From assembly GCA_002321895.1 (NCBI GenBank), contig DCMZ01000002.1:1-64000 (forward strand): a stretch of 64,000 nt of DNA. Reading direction: 5' to 3'. Positions 35,519 through 45,642 of the stretch are shown here, piece after piece (the stretch's first letter is position 1; each line of letters opens with the position of its first letter). This DNA is from Bdellovibrionaceae bacterium UBA1609. GTDB lineage: Bacteria > Bdellovibrionota > Bdellovibrionia > Bdellovibrionales > UBA1609. The notes below the pieces were generated by a model. That model was not told where the DNA came from and ran no database searches. It saw only the letters and a program-made list of their open reading frames with translations. Position numbers and translations under genes: made by a program.

Positions 35519-35945
35519 GCGTTCCATTTTTCCCATAATTTCGAACGCTTGTGGAACTTTCTTGTAATTTATATGCAAGCAGAGCCTGTTTATTAGGCAT
35601 AAGGTTCATTAACTGTTCGTAAGAGCATAATGGGTGAATTCATCCTAAGCGCCTGAAAATACTAGGTAATGTCAAAAGTTCTCGCCACTTTTGAAAATAA
35701 CATATGTGATAATTTTGAATTATGACATGTTGCGGGAGAGTGTTAAGTTGCTTTCAACAAGGAACATCGAAATGAACAAAGAGATTCGTTTTCCAATCAA
35801 GAAAGTATTGAAGCCGAGTAAGGCAAAACTTTCGATTAAATATTAAATTCAATGGACCCAGGAGTTCATCGTTGTGGGAGTTGGGTGAACAAGAGTTTTT
35901 GCAGGGGTGTCTTCTGGGCCATCTTTTAAATATCACGTACAGTTA

Positions 35946-35975
35946 AAGCCGCTGGTTCCAGCGGCTTTTTTTTAT
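35946..35975. terminator. Symmetric GC hairpin gccgctgg-ttcc-agcggc, with T9 on the plus strand and an A-run on the other side, abutting the gcvP stop codon; bidirectional terminator
   Basis: aaagccgctggttccagcggcttttttttatg. The gcvP stop TAA is at 35972-35974. Confidence 0.75.
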
Positions 35976-38902
35976 GCATCAGTGGATTCATAAGAAGACA
36001 GTGGCGGGCAAGAACACATTAAGTTCTTATCACCAAAAGCGTTGTCCACTCGATTCACTGGAGGCCAATACTTGTCTTGGCGAATCCAACCCAATGGGTA
36101 ATAAGCCTCTTTTCGCGAGTAGGGTCTCTCCCAGTCCTCATCGATCATGTCATCAGCAGTGTGGGGAGCATGGATTAACATGTTGTTATCTTTAGGTAAC
36201 TCCCCATTTTCTATGCGTTGGACTTCACTTCGGATTTGAATCATGGAATCACAAAATCTATCTAATTCCGATTTAGATTCACTTTCCGTAGGCTCGATCA
36301 TCAGCGTACCAGGTACCGGCCAAGACATTGTGGGCGAGTGGAAGCCATAGTCCATCAAGCGCTTTGCAATATCATTAACGTCAACGGATGCTGAAGATTT
36401 TAAAGGTCTTGTATCAACAATACATTCGTGGGCGACTCGGCCATTTTTTCCACGATAAAGAATGGGAAAATGATCTTTTAGTCTCTCAGCGATGTAGTTG
36501 GCATTAAGGATAGCAACGTGAGTGGCTTGTCTCAAACCTTCGCCGCCCATCATTTTACAGTAAGCCCATGAGATAGGGAGAATGCTAGCACTTCCCCAAG
36601 GCGCAGCGCTGACAGCAGGTATGCCCTGTTCGGGGCCACAATCGGGAACAACAGAGTGCTTTGGAAGGTAGGGGGAAAGGTGTTTAGCAACGCCAATGGG
36701 TCCGACTCCAGGTCCTCCGCCACCATGAGGGATACAAAAAGTTTTATGTAAATTGAGATGTGAAACATCCGACCCAAACTCGCCGGGCTTCGCAACACCG
36801 ACGAGGGCATTTAGGTTGGCACCATCCATATACACTTGGCCACCGTGTTCATGGATAAGATCACATACTTCACGGATCTCTTGCTCGAAAACTCCATGGG
36901 TAGATGGGTAAGTGATCATTAATGCACTTAGGTTCTTCGAGTGCTCTTCGGCCTTAGATTTTAAATCATCAAGATCAATGTTGCCTTCAGTGTCACACTT
37001 TACAACCACCACTTTCATGCCGGCCATTGCCGCGCTAGCGGGATTTGTTCCGTGGGCTGACTGAGGAATCAAGCAGATGTTTCTGTGCTGGTCTCCGCGA
37101 CTGGCATGGTATTTCTGAATCACTAACAAGCCGGCATACTCACCTTGTGACCCGGCATTGGGTTGTAAGCTGACAGAGTCATAACCTGTGATGGATACTA
37201 AGTCCTGTTCTAGTTCTTTAATCAGCTCAAGATAACCTTGTGCTTGATCCAAAGGAACGAAAGGATGCAGTTTTCCGAACTCGGGCCAAGTGACAGGAAT
37301 CATTTCTGCAGTAGCGTTGAGCTTCATTGTACAAGAGCCCAGAGGGATCATCGAACGATTTAAGGCGATGTCCTTTTTCTCCAAAGTGGTGATGTATCTT
37401 AAAACTTCAGTTTCGGAATGATAGGTTTTGAAGACTTCATGCTCTAGGCAAGGCGTTTTTCTGTAGTTCTCTTGAGAAAGTCCGATCTCTAATTGGGTTC
37501 CAGCGGCCTGAGGTTTCCACTTTTTAAAAATTTCTACGAGTGCTTCTAGATCGGCCTCAGTCTTAGCTTCGTCAAAACTCACTTTAATGCCGTTAGTGTC
37601 GAAAAAATTCAGGTTAATCCCAGCGGCTTCAAAATGTTGTCGGAGTTGGGCTCTCCCATCCTTGTCATTGAGTTCGACAAATACAGTATCGAAAAACGAG
37701 GTATGACGAATGGAATATCCTAAATTTTGTAGAGCATTGGCAAAATCCGTGGCTAGGCCATGAACTTTCTCAGCTATTCGTTTCAGACCTGAAGGGCCAT
37801 GATATACCCCGTACATACCAGCCATAACGGCAAGCAGGACCTGAGCAGTACAGATATTGCTAGTGGCTCTCTCGCGGCGAATGTGTTGCTCTCGAGTTTG
37901 CAGGGCTAGCCTCAATGCATTCTTGCCTCGGGCATCTTTAGAAACACCAATAATTCTTCCTGGGATATTACGTTTGTAATCGGAGCGTGTTGCTAAGAAG
38001 GCAGCGTGGGGTCCGCCGAAGCCCATGGGTACACCAAAGCGTTGAGTGGACCCTACAACGATATCAGCATCCCACTCGCCAGGAGCAGTGATCATAGCCA
38101 GAGATAAAATATCGGTACTGACTATTGCTAAACCATTCTTCGCATGAACTTGATTCACCCAGTTTGTGGCATCAGAAACTTGACCCTCTGAATTAGGGTA
38201 TTGAATGAACGAAGCGAAAAAATCTAAGTCAGAAAGGTCCACGCTATTGAGGTCGGCGTAGACCAATTCTATGCCCAGTGGCTCAGCGCGAGTGGATAGA
38301 ATTTCTTTGGTTTGTTCAAAAACATGGAGGTCCACAAGAAACTTGTTACTTTTGGACTTCTTTCCATTCATGTTGAACGCCATAACCATGGCTTCAGCGG
38401 CTGCAGTGGCTTCATCTAAGAGACTGGCATTTGAAATCTCCATACCCGTGAGTTCGGCAACCATGGTTTGAAAATTAAGTAAGGCTTCCATTCGGCCTTG
38501 TGAAATTTCCGATTGGTAGGGCGTGTAGGCTGTGTACCAGCCTGGGTTTTCTAAAATGTTTCTTAGAATCACATTTGGGGTTACACAATCATAGTAGCCT
38601 TGGCCAATGTAGCTTTTAAAAACTTTGTTCTTAATGGCAAGTTCTCGAGCTCTTGTAAGCAACTCTGTTTCTGTCAATGCTGGATCGAGTGTCAGTTCAG
38701 GTTGGCGGATGGATGGTGGTACTGATTGATTTATCAGCTCGTCCATGGAGCTCAATCCCAAAACATCTAGCATCTCTTGAACTTCTTTATTGGAGGGGCC
38801 GATGTGACGATTTTCAAATTTATCGGCAATGATGTTTTCTGCCATATTTGGGACCTCAGATTTCACGTTAATTGGATGTTTGGGTTCAACGACTTTTTCC
38901 AT
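35972..38902 (-). CDS. gcvP: Glycine dehydrogenase (decarboxylating), single-chain P protein
   Basis: 976 aa: [29 protein letters not shown]..., canonical GcvP throughout. The PLP-lysine region is present. Confidence 0.95.
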   Translation of the reverse strand: MEKVVEPKHPINVKSEVPNMAENIIADKFENRHIGPSNKEVQEMLDVLGLSSMDELINQSVPPSIRQPELTLDPALTETELLTRARELAIKNKVFKSYIGQGYYDCVTPNVILRNILENPGWYTAYTPYQSEISQGRMEALLNFQTMVAELTGMEISNASLLDEATAAAEAMVMAFNMNGKKSKSNKFLVDLHVFEQTKEILSTRAEPLGIELVYADLNSVDLSDLDFFASFIQYPNSEGQVSDATNWVNQVHAKNGLAIVSTDILSLAMITAPGEWDADIVVGSTQRFGVPMGFGGPHAAFLATRSDYKRNIPGRIIGVSKDARGKNALRLALQTREQHIRRERATSNICTAQVLLAVMAGMYGVYHGPSGLKRIAEKVHGLATDFANALQNLGYSIRHTSFFDTVFVELNDKDGRAQLRQHFEAAGINLNFFDTNGIKVSFDEAKTEADLEALVEIFKKWKPQAAGTQLEIGLSQENYRKTPCLEHEVFKTYHSETEVLRYITTLEKKDIALNRSMIPLGSCTMKLNATAEMIPVTWPEFGKLHPFVPLDQAQGYLELIKELEQDLVSITGYDSVSLQPNAGSQGEYAGLLVIQKYHASRGDQHRNICLIPQSAHGTNPASAAMAGMKVVVVKCDTEGNIDLDDLKSKAEEHSKNLSALMITYPSTHGVFEQEIREVCDLIHEHGGQVYMDGANLNALVGVAKPGEFGSDVSHLNLHKTFCIPHGGGGPGVGPIGVAKHLSPYLPKHSVVPDCGPEQGIPAVSAAPWGSASILPISWAYCKMMGGEGLRQATHVAILNANYIAERLKDHFPILYRGKNGRVAHECIVDTRPLKSSASVDVNDIAKRLMDYGFHSPTMSWPVPGTLMIEPTESESKSELDRFCDSMIQIRSEVQRIENGELPKDNNMLIHAPHTADDMIDEDWERPYSRKEAYYPLGWIRQDKYWPPVNRVDNAFGDKNLMCSCPPLSSYESTDA

Positions 38903-39050
38903 GGAGAAGCCTCCTCATTTTCAAATGTCTTTGTGCTGAAGCTATCACGGTAAAAAGGGCTGTGGAAGCTAATTTAGGGACGCGCAAACATTCCCCACTG
39001 GGGTGCAACTGGAACAAGCATTTTGAGGCTGTGTTTAGGGAGTTATTGGT

Positions 39051-39090
39051 CCTAAAATAACAAAGGGCAGCACTTACGGCCGCCCTTTGA
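39051..39090 (-). terminator. Terminator for the lysine-rich protein gene (minus strand)
   Basis: Minus-strand reading caaagggcggccgtaagtgctgccctttg followed by ttatttt. Confidence 0.65.
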
Positions 39091-39118
39091 GGTGAAAATT
39101 TAAATCGAGTGAGTGTGA

Positions 39119-39586
39119 TTAGGCTTTCTTTTTAGTGGTCTTTTTCTTAGTCGCTTTTTTCACTGTGGTCTTCTTGGTGGCTTTTTTTGTCACCTTTTTC
39201 TTTGTCGTTTTTTTAGTGGCTTTTTTGGAGGCCTTTTTAGCTTTCTTTTTCAATTTAGTTTTTAGGTTTTTCTGTTGACCTAAAGCTGCCTTTTTAACGG
39301 CGTTGACTCGTTTTTTAATATCCTTTTCAGCGGATCGGATGGTTTTTACGGCCTGGGCTAACTCTTTGTCCAATTGCTTTTGTAAACGATTTACAGATTT
39401 TAAAATGTCGTTGTACTGTTTTTCTAGGGTACGTAAACGCTTTTTTGCGGAAGGACTCAAGTAGGCATTAATATCGAATTTTTGGATTTCTTTTGCCAAT
39501 CTCTCGAGTTCTTTTTTTAAAGAATCAATGTCTTTAATATTTCTAATTTCTTTTTTAATTTTGTTCCAATTTACTTGTGTTGCCAT
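39119..39586 (-). CDS. Histone H1-like / lysine-rich nucleoid-associated protein (coiled-coil N-terminus, KK(A/T)TKK-repeat tail)
   Basis: 155 aa. C-terminal KLKKKAKKASKKATKKTTKKKVTKKATKKTTVKKATKKKTTKKKA. Similar in architecture to Hc1/AlgP/PhaF-type tails. Confidence 0.65.
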   Translation of the reverse strand: MATQVNWNKIKKEIRNIKDIDSLKKELERLAKEIQKFDINAYLSPSAKKRLRTLEKQYNDILKSVNRLQKQLDKELAQAVKTIRSAEKDIKKRVNAVKKAALGQQKNLKTKLKKKAKKASKKATKKTTKKKVTKKATKKTTVKKATKKKTTKKKA

Positions 39587-39664
39587 TCTCTACCTCTAGG
39601 GGTTTAAGGGATTTTACCTGACCCAACATTGAGGCTTTAACATATATATGTCAAGGGTCCGACG

Positions 39665-41008
39665 TTGACAGCTTTGACTTTCAAATGTCATATCATCCTT
39701 ATGAATAGACTCCCTCATATCAAAACTTGGTCACTACCTTCCCTTTTGCAAGTGGTGAAGGATGGAAGTTTAACTTCGGGAGAGTTCCAAGTGGGAGGTC
39801 ATTTAAGTTTTAATGGCCGCTCGCTTTGCCTAAAAGGGGGAGGCGGGTCCATTGAGATTTCTCATTCAAGTGATCGTTTGAAATTGGAATTGGATCAGGG
39901 TCTCATCTACCTAGCGATTGTGAACTTAAAACTGGAGTTGTCGACAGCGGCTGAGGCTGTTTTCCATCTTGAAAGAGTTACAGAGTTAAAGCCTTTGGTT
40001 CCTGAAAAGCGCAGGTATTTTGTTGATTCCCATGTGAAGTTAGAAAGTGTCGAGCTGTGGCAACAGTTCTTAAAAGCGACACATGATTTTTTTCAATCCG
40101 AGCAGTTCCTGCATGTAGAGACCCCTTCTTTGACAGATTGTCCAGGTATGGAGCCCACTCTGGATCCCATTCAAGCAAACACAATCCCTTTAGGAAGCGA
40201 GTTTGAAACTTATCTGCCCACCAGTCCGGAACTGTCCTTGAAGAAATTTGTAGCGGCCCATTGTGCAGATGTTTACGAAGTGAGGAAGTGTTTTAGGGAT
40301 AAGGAGCTCACTCCTTGGCATGAGCCCGAGTTCACCATGATGGAGTGGTATAGAACTTTCGATGATGTGTCGGGTCTTATAGACACCTTTAAAAGATGGA
40401 TGCAGGCTTTACAATTGGGTTTGGCGGGAACGCGTAAGATGCCGGATTTAAAAGTGATTTCAGTGAGGGAAGCCTTTCAAGGAGCTTTAGGTGAAACGTT
40501 GAATCCGAAAGTGGACTTGCCTGATTTACAGCAGATGTTTCTTCGAAACAATTTGGAGTTTTCCGAAAGCGACCAATTCGAAGATCTGATTTCACGACTT
40601 CTTGTGGAAAAAATTGAGCCCTGGCTATTACAACAGGGAACCGCTATAGCTCTTGTGGACTATCCTCAAAAAATGGCTGCCTTATCTAGAATTGATTCAG
40701 AGGGGTGGGCTCAAAGAGTAGAAATCTATTGGGAAGGGGTTGAGCTGGCAAATGGGTTCGACGAGCTGACGGATGGGGAGGAACAGCGGAAAAGATTCCA
40801 ACAGGATAATCATTCTCGAGTGGCTATGGGACGTTCTCCTTTGGCTGGGGATGAGGCTTTTTTGCGAGCCCTAGACTGGGGATTGCCTCCTTGCGCGGGA
40901 ATTGCCGTGGGACTAGATCGTGTGTTTATGCAGTTGTTTGAACTAGAGAATATAAAAAAAGCCAACCCATTTAATTGGAGTTGGCGCATTCAATCCAAAG
41001 ATTTTTAA
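39665..41008 (+). CDS. epmA: EF-P (R)-beta-lysine ligase EpmA (PoxA/GenX)-like class II aaRS paralogue with an unusual N-terminal extension of roughly 110 aa
   Basis: TSPELSLKKFVAAHCADVYEVRKCFRDKELTPWHEPEFTMMEWY and GLPPCAGIAVGLDRVFMQLF match the EpmA/LysRS class II motifs. At 447 aa it is about 120 aa longer than typical EpmA. Confidence 0.7.
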   Translation: MTALTFKCHIILMNRLPHIKTWSLPSLLQVVKDGSLTSGEFQVGGHLSFNGRSLCLKGGGGSIEISHSSDRLKLELDQGLIYLAIVNLKLELSTAAEAVFHLERVTELKPLVPEKRRYFVDSHVKLESVELWQQFLKATHDFFQSEQFLHVETPSLTDCPGMEPTLDPIQANTIPLGSEFETYLPTSPELSLKKFVAAHCADVYEVRKCFRDKELTPWHEPEFTMMEWYRTFDDVSGLIDTFKRWMQALQLGLAGTRKMPDLKVISVREAFQGALGETLNPKVDLPDLQQMFLRNNLEFSESDQFEDLISRLLVEKIEPWLLQQGTAIALVDYPQKMAALSRIDSEGWAQRVEIYWEGVELANGFDELTDGEEQRKRFQQDNHSRVAMGRSPLAGDEAFLRALDWGLPPCAGIAVGLDRVFMQLFELENIKKANPFNWSWRIQSKDF

Positions 41009-41013
41009 TAGTC

Positions 41014-41298
41014 TTACTCTATGTTTTTATTGATATCTTCTTTGAGCTCTTTTCCCACTTTGAAAAATGGAAGCTTCTTTTCGCCTACGTTGATGACTTC
41101 ACCAGTTCTAGGGTTTCGACCTTTATAGGAACCGTACTCTCGGTTGACAAAAGAGCCAAAACCGCGAATTTCAATACGATCATTTTTGAGTAGGGCATCG
41201 ACCATGGAATCAAAAATTGTATTCACCACAGTCTCGGCTTTGACCCGAGTGATTCCGGTTTTTTCGGATACCAAGTTGATTAAATCGGCCTTTGTCAT
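41014..41298 (-). CDS. HU/IHF-family DNA-binding protein (IHF-beta-like)
   Basis: MTKADLINLVSEKTGITRVKAETVVNTIFDSM...IEIRGFGSFVNREYGSYKGRNPRTGEVINVGEKKLPFFKVGKEL. Confidence 0.8.
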   Translation of the reverse strand: MTKADLINLVSEKTGITRVKAETVVNTIFDSMVDALLKNDRIEIRGFGSFVNREYGSYKGRNPRTGEVINVGEKKLPFFKVGKELKEDINKNIE

Positions 41299-41453
41299 TT
41301 TATCACCTGCAATGCTTCGTAAGTGTTTGAAACTACTTTAATTGTAGTCATTTTTGCGAAACCAAGCCAGATTTAATTCGGAAAAGCCAGATGCAATGGG
41401 CGAAAGGCGAGTTAAATCGTCTAAAAATCAACTCTTGGTGTCATTTCGAGGGG

Positions 41454-42743
41454 TTAGGCCTCTGCTTTCAGATAGTCGACCAGGTCATTTTCGCGATATC
41501 TGCCAGTGGAAAGTAGAATCCGACCATAGGCATCGATGGTTTGCTCCACCATATTGTCCACGTCAAAAAGCTCGACCACTTTCTTACGTGCCTTTTCACC
41601 CACTTCGTTGGCAGAGACCTGTTCCGTAAATACTTTGATAATGAGATGGGCCAACGAGGCTCTGTCGGCCGGTCGAATAAGAAAGCCATCTTGTCCATCT
41701 TCAACAATGGTTGAAATGGGACTGACTTCAGAGCCAATGATCACTTTCTTTTGAGCCATGGCTTCAATCAAACCGGGTTCAAATCCAGTGGTTCTCGAAC
41801 TTAAATCGACAAATACGTCGGCAAGTGAAATGTAGTCAGGAATATCAACGTTTCGAATGGCCCCCGCAAAAACGACCTTTGAGCCCAAGGCTAACTGTAG
41901 CATTTCATATTGTAGCTGGCGCTTGAGTGGGCCATTCCCAACAATGATCAATCGTGCAGATGGCTTTTTAATAGTTACCTTTTCGAAGGCTTTCAAAATA
42001 TTTAATACATCTTCTAACTCGGACATATCGGTAAATGTCATCACAACAGGGGAGTTACCAGGAACTTTTAGACTTTCACGTAATTCACTGGATTTTTCGC
42101 GCTCTGCGAGATCACCAATTTCAATCCCATAGGGAACAATGTAAGTTTTGAGTTCGGGATACATGTAATAGCGTTCTAAGACGACTCTTTGCTGTGGACT
42201 GGTAACGAACACTCCGTCGGCAGAATTCAATACTTTTCGATCACCCCTAAGATAAGTCGCTGCAAACTTATAGACCATGGCGATTCCAGTTCTCACCAGA
42301 TCACTCACACTATCTTGGGCCATGCCCATAATGGCAAAGAGCTGAGACATATCCGTCGCATCCGAATCAAAAGCCACGGCCACTTTATAGGCTTTACGTC
42401 GTCGAGCCACAGCGATTCCATGACGGTCAATACAATGGGCGATATGAAATGGATTTTCAGTGTGAAGAGCCTTAAATTTTGCATTAAAGAGGTCATTAAT
42501 ACGCAGGTCTGAAGTCTCTTTATTCCCAATAAAATGAGCTGATACGCCATCTTTTTCAATAAGGTCTTTTCCCTGTGGATTCTTCCAAGAAATAACAGTG
42601 ACTTTGTGGCCGGCTTTGGCAAGACCCTTGGCTATTGGCCATAGAAATCCATGGTCCGCTGCCCGGCCCAATATCGGGAAATATCTGGCGATGATACAAA
42701 TATTGAGAGTTTCAGGTAGGCGAGTTTTATTTCTCCAAAACAT
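41454..42743 (-). CDS. Glycosyltransferase family 4 (GT-B fold)
   Basis: ICIIARYFPILGRAADHGF N-terminal domain; C-terminal EX7E region VFVDLSSRTTGFEPGLIEAMAQKKVIIGS. Start taken at MFWRNK to avoid overlapping the NUDIX gene. Confidence 0.8.
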   Translation of the reverse strand: MFWRNKTRLPETLNICIIARYFPILGRAADHGFLWPIAKGLAKAGHKVTVISWKNPQGKDLIEKDGVSAHFIGNKETSDLRINDLFNAKFKALHTENPFHIAHCIDRHGIAVARRRKAYKVAVAFDSDATDMSQLFAIMGMAQDSVSDLVRTGIAMVYKFAATYLRGDRKVLNSADGVFVTSPQQRVVLERYYMYPELKTYIVPYGIEIGDLAEREKSSELRESLKVPGNSPVVMTFTDMSELEDVLNILKAFEKVTIKKPSARLIIVGNGPLKRQLQYEMLQLALGSKVVFAGAIRNVDIPDYISLADVFVDLSSRTTGFEPGLIEAMAQKKVIIGSEVSPISTIVEDGQDGFLIRPADRASLAHLIIKVFTEQVSANEVGEKARKKVVELFDVDNMVEQTIDAYGRILLSTGRYRENDLVDYLKAEA

Positions 42744-42757
42744 TTTAAAAATCTCCT

Positions 42758-43174
42758 TCAAAAACTTTCCAAAAGGCGCGGAAGCACTTTCTGGTTGGCA
42801 TCGGGGAGTTGAATTTCTTGAAATTCTTTTTTTGTCACCCATCTAAGGCCATTATGGTGATGAGTTCTTGGCTCGCCTTTCCAGTAATCCACTTTAAAAA
42901 ATAAAATGATGATTCCTACATCTCCATATTGATGTGTCGTTGAGAGTAAGAGGGGGCCCACTTGGGCATCGATACCTAATTCCTCTTCCAGTTCTCTTTT
43001 TAAAGCCATTTCTGGGGATTCGTTGGCTTCAATTTTGCCCCCAGGAAATTCCCAAACCCCTGGTAATGAGGAGCCTTCAGGGCGTTGCCCCAGTAAGACT
43101 TTACCTTCTTTAGAAATGACTCCGGCAACGACTGGAATCCATGTAGGTCTTTTTTTTCGACTCGAAGAGCTCAT
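42758..43174 (-). CDS. NUDIX hydrolase (MutT-like)
   Basis: Nudix box GGKIEANESPEMALKRELEEELGI. Confidence 0.8.
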   Translation of the reverse strand: MSSSSRKKRPTWIPVVAGVISKEGKVLLGQRPEGSSLPGVWEFPGGKIEANESPEMALKRELEEELGIDAQVGPLLLSTTHQYGDVGIIILFFKVDYWKGEPRTHHHNGLRWVTKKEFQEIQLPDANQKVLPRLLESF

Positions 43175-43183
43175 GAGAGGATC

Positions 43184-44176
43184 TTACTGAATATTTTTAA
43201 ATTTATCACTCACTCGTTTAAAGAAAAACGGTCCATCAAATACTAACGCCGAGTAAACCTGGATAAGATCAGCGCCGAGATCTAATCGCCGTTTCACGTC
43301 TTCTGGCGTCAATATCCCTCCAGCCGAAATTATAAGCTTATTATTGCGGCGGTCACCCAGATGCTTCAGCGCATTTTCGAGCATTCTCTCCGAGAGATGA
43401 GCCAACGGTGCCCCCGACATTCCGCCACTGTCTGTGGGGAAAGGAAGGCCCTGCGGGCGAAATGTGGTGGTGTTTGTTAAAATCCATCCATCGACTCCAA
43501 GATCGTAGGAAAGATCCAATACCGTGTGTAAATGCTCATCTTCCAAGTCAGGGGAGAGTTTAAGTAGAAGCGGCTTTTCTCCCTGATTGCAGTCCACTAC
43601 AGGCTTCAAGAACTGAGAAAATGCGTTGGGTGAAAAGAGGTCGCGAAGACCTTTAGTGTTGGGGCTACTAATATTCACCACATAGGCGTCTGCCACCGAT
43701 TTCATTTTTTCCATGACTTTTACGTAGTCATCGCTGGCGTTCTGATTTTCGGTATCGCGATTTTTTCCTAAATTTATAAAAAGTGGAGGCAGGTTAGGAT
43801 GGCTTTCTTTGGCCTGGACAATATTTTCGTATATAGCCTCCATGCCTTTATTGGGAAAGCCCATCTTGTTCCAAAGGGCCTTGTGGCCTATGTTTCGATC
43901 TAAAATCTTACCGGGATTTGGAGATTGTGGTTTCGGAGTGATGGTTCCCAGCTCTATGAAACCACAACCGAGTTTGTTCCAAGCGAAAATGGCTTCACCA
44001 TTCTTATCCACCCCACCAGCGATCCCCAAGGGGTTATCAAACTCCAAATTTTGAAAAGTGAGTGATCTCCACTTACAGCTGGAAGACGGCAGAAAAGGGC
44101 TCATCAAATTTATTGCGGGTAAGCTAAGATGATGAGCTAGGGATGGTGGAAGTAGGTACCAGGGTTTTATACCCAT
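43184..44176 (-). CDS. pyrD: Dihydroorotate dehydrogenase (quinone), class 2
   Basis: FQNLEFDNPLGIAGGVDKNGEAI...GFIELGTITPKPQ...NLGKN...GGLSG-like and the C-terminal GADLIQVYSALVFDGPFFF. Confidence 0.9.
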   Translation of the reverse strand: MGIKPWYLLPPSLAHHLSLPAINLMSPFLPSSSCKWRSLTFQNLEFDNPLGIAGGVDKNGEAIFAWNKLGCGFIELGTITPKPQSPNPGKILDRNIGHKALWNKMGFPNKGMEAIYENIVQAKESHPNLPPLFINLGKNRDTENQNASDDYVKVMEKMKSVADAYVVNISSPNTKGLRDLFSPNAFSQFLKPVVDCNQGEKPLLLKLSPDLEDEHLHTVLDLSYDLGVDGWILTNTTTFRPQGLPFPTDSGGMSGAPLAHLSERMLENALKHLGDRRNNKLIISAGGILTPEDVKRRLDLGADLIQVYSALVFDGPFFFKRVSDKFKNIQ

Positions 44177-44178
44177 AA

Positions 44179-45432
44179 TTAGAGTAGGCCTCTCAACTTC
44201 ATGGCCTGCTCTAAGCGTTTTAAAGAGACAGCCATTGCGGAAGTACGCATGTCCTGACCTTCTTTTTGAGAAAACTCCCAAACCTTTTTAAAGGCAGGAT
44301 CCATTACGCTTTTAAGTTTTGATCTCACTTCTTCTTCGGTCCAAAATAACCATACAATGTCTTGTACCCATTCAAAGTAACTGACGATGACACCACCGCC
44401 GTTAGCCAAAATATCGGGAACAACTAATTTCTTTTTCTTGAATAGAATTTCTGAAGCATTGTTTGTTACGGGGCCATTAGCTCCTTCAATAATAATATCG
44501 GCTTGAATATCGTCCGCATTGTCGCTGGTGATCACTCCATCCAACGCACAGGGTGCTAAAACGTCCACTTTTAACTCTAGAAGTTCCTCATTGGTAATGT
44601 CTTTTGCCGAAGGGTATCCGTTGACCACTTTATTGTCTTCCACGTATTCCACAAGTTCAGGCACGTTTAAACCTTCAGGGTTATAGATCCCACCAGAGAC
44701 ATCACTCACAGCTACAATTTTAGCTCCAAGTTTATGGGCCTCGATGGCCGCATGCATTCCCACTTTACCAAACCCTTGAATGGCAATGGTTGAGTCTTTC
44801 AGCTCTCGACCCAGCGCTTCCAGGGCGCTCATGGTGCAAAACACCACGCCTAGCCCTGTTGCCGCTTCTCTTCCCATAGATCCGCCGATTTCGATGGGTT
44901 TTCCTGTGACCACGCCGGTTTGACAGTAGCCTGATTCTTTAGAATAGGTGTCTAGCATCCACGCCATAGTTTGAGCGCTGGTGCCAACGTCAGGAGCGGG
45001 AATATCTTTATCCGGGCCAATAAAAGGCACGAGTTCGGTAGTGAAATTGCGGGTTAGGTTTTCGAGCTCCGCTTTAGACAAGCTGTTTTGATCTACTGTG
45101 ATTCCACCCTTTGCGCCACCGAGAGGAAGTCCTAAAAGTGAGTTTTTATAGGTCATGAGGGCAGCGAGAGCGGCCACTTCACTTAAATTGACACTGGGGT
45201 GGTATCTCAACCCACCTTTGAATGGACCGAGAGTTTGGTTATGTTGAACTCGATAGCCTGCAAAAATTTGGACCGTTCCATCATCCATTCTACAAGGGAC
45301 CGACACGGTGATGGCTCGACGAGGCGTTTCCAGGCGTCTCAGTGCATTTCCGTTGAGATCAACGATTTGCCCAGCCGTTTCCACGGTTTTAATGACGTTT
45401 CTATAGAGGTGACTAGATGTTACGCCTTCCAT
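44179..45432 (-). CDS. gdh: Glutamate dehydrogenase (Glu/Leu/Phe/Val dehydrogenase family)
   Basis: FKGGLRYHPSVNLSEVAALAALMTYKNSLLGLPLGGAKGG and the GFGKVG Rossmann motif. Confidence 0.9.
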   Translation of the reverse strand: MEGVTSSHLYRNVIKTVETAGQIVDLNGNALRRLETPRRAITVSVPCRMDDGTVQIFAGYRVQHNQTLGPFKGGLRYHPSVNLSEVAALAALMTYKNSLLGLPLGGAKGGITVDQNSLSKAELENLTRNFTTELVPFIGPDKDIPAPDVGTSAQTMAWMLDTYSKESGYCQTGVVTGKPIEIGGSMGREAATGLGVVFCTMSALEALGRELKDSTIAIQGFGKVGMHAAIEAHKLGAKIVAVSDVSGGIYNPEGLNVPELVEYVEDNKVVNGYPSAKDITNEELLELKVDVLAPCALDGVITSDNADDIQADIIIEGANGPVTNNASEILFKKKKLVVPDILANGGGVIVSYFEWVQDIVWLFWTEEEVRSKLKSVMDPAFKKVWEFSQKEGQDMRTSAMAVSLKRLEQAMKLRGLL

Positions 45433-45642
45433 TTTATGCTCCCGTCCATTGAATTAAGTGGGCAGAACCTAATGATACGAAAAGAGAAAGTCCACTTAAT
45501 TTTTGCTAAGGTTGACCCATGAAATTATTTGCAATTGGGTGGAAGTTCACCCCGCGACGCTTGGTCCCATTGTACAATTATCTGGGACGCCACTGTGCTC
45601 AACTTGTGATATTTAAATAAGTCTATTTAAAAGGAGCGCCCT

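Noticed and set aside
35754-35936. 60-aa minus-strand ORF in the mtnP-gcvP gap
   Set aside because: No RBS, Cys/His/Arg-rich unstructured translation, and it runs into the terminator hairpin. The plus-strand 24-codon ORF with an SD is the more plausible small gene, if there is one.
41354-41629. ORF 41354..41629 (+) and other short plus-strand ORFs overlapping the GT4 gene
   Set aside because: They overlap a well-supported glycosyltransferase on the opposite strand. The Arg/Pro-rich translations have no start context.
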